64,000 nucleotides of DNA from positions 675 through 64,674 of the forward strand of contig JBOHUM010000010.1 of NCBI GenBank assembly GCA_050734515.1, given 5' to 3'. This document shows, in pieces, positions 59,212 to 64,000 of this stretch. This stretch comes from Candidatus Dormibacteria bacterium. GTDB lineage: Bacteria; Chloroflexota; Dormibacteria; Aeolococcales; Bog-877. Every line of letters begins with the position of its first letter. Position 1 is the first letter of the stretch. The notes beneath the pieces were generated by a model. That model was given only the letters and a program-made list of their open reading frames with translations. It had not been told where the DNA came from and made no database searches. The translations under genes and the position numbers were made by a program.

Positions 59212-60164
59212 CAGGCGCTGACCTGGACCATCCGCTCGATCGCCCGCCGCGCCCGGGCCGCCGTCCCTGGAGGCACGCTGATGCGGTGCTGCAAGAGTCG
59301 CAGTGAGTCCCGCACCTTCTCCAGGGTGATCGTCTTCATGTAGGGGCAGATGGCGTCGGGGTTGGCGGCCAGGAAGGTCTTCTCGGGCGCCAGCTGGCGC
59401 ATCCGGTGCATCACCCCCACCTCGGTGGCGACGATGAAGGTGTCGGCCGGGGACTCCTGGGCCCGGCGCACCATGCCCTCGGTGCTGGCGACCACGGTGG
59501 CCCCCTCCAGCTCCCCCCTGCCCATGGCCTCGAGCGCGGCGGTGGTGCAGCCGCACTCCGGGTGCACCAGGATCTCCGCCCCGGGGTGGGCCCGCCGCTG
59601 CCGCTCCAGCTGCGAGCCGTGGATGGCCGCGTGCACGTGGCACTCCCCCATCCAGACGTGGAGCTTGCGCCCCGTTACCCGCTCGATGTGGGCCCCCAAA
59701 AAGAGGTCGGGGCAGAAAAGTATCTCCCGATCGCGGGGGATCCGCTTCACCACCTCGACGGCGTTGCTCGAGGTGCAGCAGTAATCGGACTCAGCCTTGA
59801 CCTCGGCCGTGGTGTTGACGTAGCTGACCACCACCGCGCCCGGGTGTTCCTGCTTCCAGCGGCGCAACTCGGTGGCATCGATGCTGGCGGCCAGCGAGCA
59901 GCCCGCCTCCAGGTCGGGGAGCAGCACCAGCTTGTCCGGCGAGAGGATCGCCGCCGTCTCGGCCATGAAGTGGACGCCGCAGAAGACGATCACCTCGGCG
60001 TCGGTCTCCGCGGCCCGCCGCGACAGGCCTAGGGAGTCGCCAACGAAGTCGGCCATGTCCTGGACCTCGTCCCGCTGGTAGTTGTGGGCCAGGATCACCG
60101 CCCGCCGCTCCTGGCGGAGCTCGCGGATCTCGTCCACCAGCAGGCGCTCAGTTGCAACTGCCAT
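59211..60164 (-). CDS. nadA: Quinolinate synthase
   Basis: 317-aa ORF with the motifs [21 protein letters not shown] and VHFMAE. Conserved Cys residues are in the expected places. Confidence 0.95.
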   Translation of the reverse strand: MAVATERLLVDEIRELRQERRAVILAHNYQRDEVQDMADFVGDSLGLSRRAAETDAEVIVFCGVHFMAETAAILSPDKLVLLPDLEAGCSLAASIDATELRRWKQEHPGAVVVSYVNTTAEVKAESDYCCTSSNAVEVVKRIPRDREILFCPDLFLGAHIERVTGRKLHVWMGECHVHAAIHGSQLERQRRAHPGAEILVHPECGCTTAALEAMGRGELEGATVVASTEGMVRRAQESPADTFIVATEVGVMHRMRQLAPEKTFLAANPDAICPYMKTITLEKVRDSLRLLQHRISVPPGTAARARRAIERMVQVSA

Positions 60165-60167
60165 CTC

Positions 60168-60965
60168 TCAATTATCACCGGGGGCGGAGCCGGCACCCCC
60201 ATGGGCGGGGCAGCCGGGGTCTTTGGGGAAGCGGACCTCGCGCCAGCGGGCGGTCAGGGCGTCGAAGTCGAGCAGGCGCCCGCCAAGGTCGTCGCCCAGG
60301 CCACTCAGGAGCTTAACCGCCTCCAGGGCCTGCATCGCTCCCACCACCCCCACCACGGGCCCCAGGATGCCGGCCTCGCGGCAGCTGTTGGCAACGCCCG
60401 CCGGGGCACCTCCGAAGAGGCAGCGGTAGCAGGGGGCGCCGGGGGGGACAGTGACCAGCTGGCCGGAGAAGCCGATCGCCCCCGCCACCACCAGGCTCCG
60501 CCCGCGCGCGGCGCAGAAGTCGTTGACTTCGAACTTGGTGACGGGATCGTCGGAGCACTCCAGGACCACGTCGGCGTCGCCCAGGGTCGAGGCGAGATTC
60601 GGAGCCTCCAGGCGCTCGAGCACCGCCCGGACCTCGATATTGGGGTTGAGCTCGGCCACCCGCCGGGCCAGGAGCTCGGCCTTCTTCTGGCCCAGCTCGG
60701 CGGTCCGGTAGGCCACCTGGCGGTTGAGGTTGTCCAGCTCCAGGCGATCCGGATCCACCAGCGTCAGGTGACCCACGCCGGCGCCTCCCAGGTAGAGGGC
60801 CGCCGCCACCCCCAGGCCGCCGCAGCCGATGATCACCACCCGCCCGCCGAGCAGCCGTAGCTGACCCCGCTCCCCGATCTCCCCTAGGAGCAGCTGTCGG
60901 CTGTAGCGCTCCACGGCCTGGTCGTCGAGCCGGGCGGGCGTCCCTGCCACCGTCGTCCCCGTCAC
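60168..60965 (-). CDS. ThiF/MoeB/HesA-family E1-like adenylyltransferase
   Basis: GTG 60965 overlaps the upstream stop (GTGA), and ATG 60995 is an alternative start. Motifs seen: RYSRQLLL, VVIIGCGGLGVAAALYLGGAGVG, DLDNLNRQ and the zinc motif CYRC...C...C. Confidence 0.85.
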   Translation of the reverse strand: MTGTTVAGTPARLDDQAVERYSRQLLLGEIGERGQLRLLGGRVVIIGCGGLGVAAALYLGGAGVGHLTLVDPDRLELDNLNRQVAYRTAELGQKKAELLARRVAELNPNIEVRAVLERLEAPNLASTLGDADVVLECSDDPVTKFEVNDFCAARGRSLVVAGAIGFSGQLVTVPPGAPCYRCLFGGAPAGVANSCREAGILGPVVGVVGAMQALEAVKLLSGLGDDLGGRLLDFDALTARWREVRFPKDPGCPAHGGAGSAPGDN

Positions 60966-61258
60966 CAGGAGACCACCCGCTGAGCCTGGGTGCACTGGGC
61001 GATGATCTCCTCGTAGTCGGCCAGGGCCCAGCGCTCCCCCACCTGCCGCCGGCGGGCGTGCTCGGCGCAGGCGACGACCGCCACCTCGGCTCCCCCGAGC
61101 CAGGCCGCGGCCCGCTCCTCGGTGACGAGCACAGCATCGTGGAGCAGCAGCATCCGCACCCGCGCCCCGGCCCGCGCCCGCTGGCGGCAGTGCTCCCAGG
61201 CCCTCTGGTCCTCCAGGGCGCTCACCAGGTGCAGCTCGGTGGTCGGCTCAGAGGACAA
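60962..61258 (-). CDS. DsrH/TusB-like sulfur-relay protein
   Basis: TTG 61258, 98 aa. LHLVS...LLLHDAVLV...ADYEEII...VVSW parallels E. coli TusB as I recall it (LHTLHRS..LLLLQDGV..IDYTDFV..MAW). Confidence 0.65.
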   Translation of the reverse strand: MSSEPTTELHLVSALEDQRAWEHCRQRARAGARVRMLLLHDAVLVTEERAAAWLGGAEVAVVACAEHARRRQVGERWALADYEEIIAQCTQAQRVVSW

Positions 61259-61613
61259 GGCAGGTCCCGGCGGTGGCACAGAGCTCCTCGACCTCGCTCC
61301 GCCCCAGCTTGGCAACGCCGGGCCGGAGCGGGCGACCCTCCAGCCCCAGAGTGGCCAGCGACTCCTGCTCCACCCCGATCGCGACGTCCTCCTCGATCAG
61401 CGCCTGGAGCTCGCGCTCGAGGGCACCTCCCCATGGGCCGAGATCGGGAGGCTCGGCCAGCCCCAGCAGGCTGGCAGGGCCAGCCAGCAGCAGCCGGACC
61501 TCCAGCCCCGCCAGCGGCAGCGCCAGCGCCACCCGCACCGCCAGCGGGGCCGCCTCGCCGGCCAGCGATCCCCGGGCCAGGACCACTGCGTGGGGGACGT
61601 TGGGGCGGCTCAC
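61248..61613 (-). CDS. DsrF/TusC-like sulfur-relay protein
   Basis: GTG 61613 overlaps the upstream stop (GTGA), 121 aa. It shows the DsrE-fold pattern (AVVLARG...EVRLLLAGP..., C-terminal end TCLVL). Confidence 0.6.
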   Translation of the reverse strand: MSRPNVPHAVVLARGSLAGEAAPLAVRVALALPLAGLEVRLLLAGPASLLGLAEPPDLGPWGGALERELQALIEEDVAIGVEQESLATLGLEGRPLRPGVAKLGRSEVEELCATAGTCLVL

Positions 61614-61900
61614 CGGAAGACCAGCACCCGGTCCGCCTGGCGAACCTGCTGGGCGAAGTCCCGCAGACTTCCCTGGCGCACTCCGTCCAACTCCTGGGTC
61701 CCGGCCTGGCGCCAGCGCCGGTCCGCCTCGCACAGGGTCACCGGCGCCACCCCCACCAGGGGTGCGGCGTGCACCACTCCATCGCCGGCGAGGAAGATCT
61801 CGGCCCGATGGCCCGCGCTCGACGCCGCCCTGGCCAGGCTGGCCACGGTTCCCGCCGCCTCGCTGCGCGCCCCGGCAGTGAGCAGGAAAAGGAAGGTCAA
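61610..61900 (-). CDS. DsrE/TusD-like sulfur-relay protein
   Basis: TTG 61900 is preceded by GAGGG, 96 aa. MTFLFLLTAG...GHRAEIFLAGDGV...VTLCEAD...ADRVLVFR has a Cys at the TusD/DsrE active-site-like position. The longer ORF would run through the tRNA gene. Confidence 0.6.
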   Translation of the reverse strand: MTFLFLLTAGARSEAAGTVASLARAASSAGHRAEIFLAGDGVVHAAPLVGVAPVTLCEADRRWRQAGTQELDGVRQGSLRDFAQQVRQADRVLVFR

Positions 61901-62011
61901 GTTCGCCCTCGCTGCGCCGGGACCTACTACTCCCCCGACACTACCCGAACCCGCGCTTCGCCCCCCTCCCCGCGCTGCCGGTTCCGGGTGAGGTACGCTC
62001 CGGCGACTTGG

Positions 62012-62097
62012 GCCGGGGTGGCGTAATGGCAGCCGCAGCGGTCTTAAAAACCGCGGTCCGCAAGGGCGTGTGGGTTCGATTCCCGCCCCCGGCACCA
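62012..62097 (+). tRNA. tRNA-Leu (anticodon UAA), class II, CCA encoded
   Basis: I folded it by hand. The acceptor stem is GCCGGGG/CCCCGGC, the D stem has 3 bp, the anticodon stem is GCGGT/ACCGC with loop CTTAAAA, a long variable arm is present, the T loop is TTCGATT, and the 3' end is ACCA. Confidence 0.9.
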
Positions 62098-62403
62098 CTT
62101 TTTTGATCTCAGATCGCGGCCAAGCGGCCCGACGTAAGCGCCCGCCGGGGGCTTGTTGACCCCATGGTGCCCCCCCGATGAGGGGAAGTCCACGCGCAGC
62201 GATCTCGCCGCTTCGGCGCCTCGCCGCTCAGTCACTCCAGTCCGCGGCGTGAGCCCGCCGACCCGGGTGGGCGGGCCACGCTCGGCCCCCGGGGATGATC
62301 GGGCCGGCCCCGGTGCGGGGAGGCTGCTGCGCCCGAGGTGTAGCTTTCCGCGTCACGGCCGCGTACTACTGGGGAGCGAAGAGCCTGGTATCGAAGGGTC
62401 GTC

Positions 62404-63699
62404 ATGAGCCGCAGCGGCATCGCCGGCGGTCAGGCCGGGGCGCTTTGGACCGCGCTCCTCCTGCCGCTGCTCCTTCTCGCCGCGTGCGGCCCCGGTTCGC
62501 CGGCCGCGCCCCCGGCACCGTCAAACCCGGGGCCATCCGTCCCGACGCCTTCGTCGTCCACCACGCCGCTCCCCTACGGATACCCAACCCCGCCCCCTCC
62601 CCCAGCGAGCTCCCTCAGCGGCTTGAAGATGTTCAACGTCAGCACCGGATGGGCACAGCGGAGCCTTGACCAAGCGGTTCTGCACACCACCCAGGGAGTG
62701 CAGCGCTGGTCGGTGGCCACGCCGACGCTGCCACCCGGGCAGCGCATCGTGGCCACCTCCTACGTCAGCGCTGACAGCGCTCGGGTCCTAGCCGCCGGCG
62801 GGGTCTCGTCCAACCCGGACGCCGCTGCGGTGACCATGACCTTCAATGCGTGGGCGACCGATGACGGAGGCGCACACTGGTCGCGGGGCGGTAGCTTCAG
62901 CCTCGTGCAAGACCCGGGTCTCACCTTGTCCTGGCAGGACGAGCTCGACTACGTCAACGCCGCCGATGGCTGGTTCTCGGGGAATGTAGACGGTACGGAC
63001 GGGAGCCTGGGAACAACCCTCTTCCGCACCGTCGACGGAGGGGTGAGCTGGAAGGAGATGGCTCATCTCCCCCAGTCGCCGGCCCCGCCGGGTGGCGTGC
63101 CGTGCTACGCAGAGGCGACAGCGACATTCGCCAGCCCCACCATGGGCTGGCTGGTCGGTGGTTGCGCCAAAGCCAATTTCGAGGTCACGCGCAACGGCGG
63201 CGCAACGTGGTCCCCGCACCGCATCCCCCGCCTCACCACCCCGTATCTGGGGTTGGAGAACCCCACCTTCATCACCAGCTGGGACGGAGTGATGCTGGGG
63301 ACCGTGCCCCGTCCGGAGTCGCTTGTCGTCTATGCGACTCTCGACGGCGGGCAGAAATGGACTGCGCACCCCGCGCCGGGCCAGTGGCCCCACGCCCTCG
63401 ACTTCATCAATACCGACGACGGCTGGCTGCTCAGCTCGAACACCATGAACGCCGGCTTTCCGGCCGGCCTGTACGTAACCCACGACGGCGGCCAGACCTG
63501 GTCCACGCTCCAGGCCCTGGACTATGGTGCGATCCCTGCCGGGGGCACAGTGCTCAACGGGTCCATCCTGGACTTCGTCAGCCCGACCCTGGGGTGGACT
63601 AACAGCTTCACGGGCGACGGCAACGTCCTGCTGCAGACGACGGATAGCGGCCACACCTGGAGTCCGGTGGACGTGCAGATCACAGGCTCTTCCGGGTAG
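62404..63699 (+). CDS. Secreted lipoprotein with six Asp-box (BNR) repeats, probable beta-propeller (Ycf48/sialidase-like fold)
   Basis: 431-aa ORF. The signal peptide has a lipobox (LLLAAC) and is followed by a Pro/Ser-rich linker. Six S/T-x-D-x-G-x-x-W repeats follow: TDDGGAHW, TVDGGVSW, TRNGGATW, TLDGGQKW, THDGGQTW, TTDSGHTW. Confidence 0.75.
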   Translation: MSRSGIAGGQAGALWTALLLPLLLLAACGPGSPAAPPAPSNPGPSVPTPSSSTTPLPYGYPTPPPPPASSLSGLKMFNVSTGWAQRSLDQAVLHTTQGVQRWSVATPTLPPGQRIVATSYVSADSARVLAAGGVSSNPDAAAVTMTFNAWATDDGGAHWSRGGSFSLVQDPGLTLSWQDELDYVNAADGWFSGNVDGTDGSLGTTLFRTVDGGVSWKEMAHLPQSPAPPGGVPCYAEATATFASPTMGWLVGGCAKANFEVTRNGGATWSPHRIPRLTTPYLGLENPTFITSWDGVMLGTVPRPESLVVYATLDGGQKWTAHPAPGQWPHALDFINTDDGWLLSSNTMNAGFPAGLYVTHDGGQTWSTLQALDYGAIPAGGTVLNGSILDFVSPTLGWTNSFTGDGNVLLQTTDSGHTWSPVDVQITGSSG

Positions 63700-64000
63700 C
63701 GACCTGCGAGAAGGATCGCCCTGGTCAGTCCTTCAGTCGGATACGTGATCGAATTTGGGGCTACGAGCGCGGCGGCGAAGCCCTAACATTCGCCAGCCAG
63801 TCCTGGGTCAGCCACTGAGCTGGCAGCGCCAGCCCCCCGCCCTGCTGGCCACGGAGCACCGGACGAGCGAGCCTCCGTAAGGGCGGAGTAGCACCTGGGC
63901 GTCGGAACTAAGGCAAGATGGCAAGCTCGGCGACTGGCCCGACCTCGAAGGCCTGAGGTGAGGCGTGGACGCCAAACCGGAAGAAGTACAAGGCGGCCGC

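Noticed and set aside
61901-62098. N-terminal extension of the DsrE-like ORF (162 aa in the track)
   Set aside because: It reads through the tRNA-Leu gene on the opposite strand. The GIEPT peptide is the usual translation artefact of a T-arm. The TTG at 61900 with a GAGGG RBS gives a DsrE-sized protein.
62098-63999. Genomic island integrated at the tRNA-Leu 3' end
   Set aside because: There is no integrase, excisionase or phage gene downstream within the window. I did not see a second copy of the tRNA 3' end that could serve as attR. The window ends at 64000, so this cannot be excluded.

Overview
This is a very GC-rich, densely packed chromosomal segment. Third codon positions are almost all G/C, which fills the ORF track with long spurious antisense ORFs. 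I call about 60 protein genes and one tRNA. I saw no rRNA, CRISPR array, integrase or transposase. The gene content suggests an Actinomycetota- or Chloroflexota-like (Terrabacteria) organism, but I cannot assign a phylum from sequence alone. The supporting genes are F420-dependent NADP reductase, a SARP/AfsR-type regulator, a GT39 mannosyltransferase and a CIRCE/HrcA heat-shock operon.

Core content:
- hrcA-grpE-dnaJ, hemW-lepA
- a 2-oxoacid dehydrogenase cluster (E1 alpha, E1 beta, E2, E3)
- rpe, tkt, gdh, an acyl-CoA ligase, an acyl-CoA carboxyltransferase, rnhB, nadA, mtnP

Less ordinary content:
1. An orphan ChlI/ChlD-type AAA+/vWA pair (7.9-11.5 kb).
2. A six-gene partner-switching operon with no sigma factor gene: PP2C, RsbW-like kinase, two STAS proteins, a DUF1990-like protein and a CrtI-like oxidoreductase. 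It lies divergent from a SARP-STAND regulator (17.3-24.9 kb).
3. A loosely packed, accessory-looking stretch (26.2-34.5 kb) with a decayed paralog fragment, three long non-coding gaps, in-frame TTA codons and a 26-nt direct repeat.
4. A glycosylation locus rich in GT-C-like membrane proteins (50.4-58.4 kb, plus 45.5-47.1 kb).
5. A TusDCB/DsrEFH-like module fused by start/stop overlaps to a ThiF/MoeB-type E1 enzyme (60.2-61.9 kb), next to tRNA-Leu(UAA).

All family assignments rest on motifs I read in the translations and on memory of those families. No database search was run.
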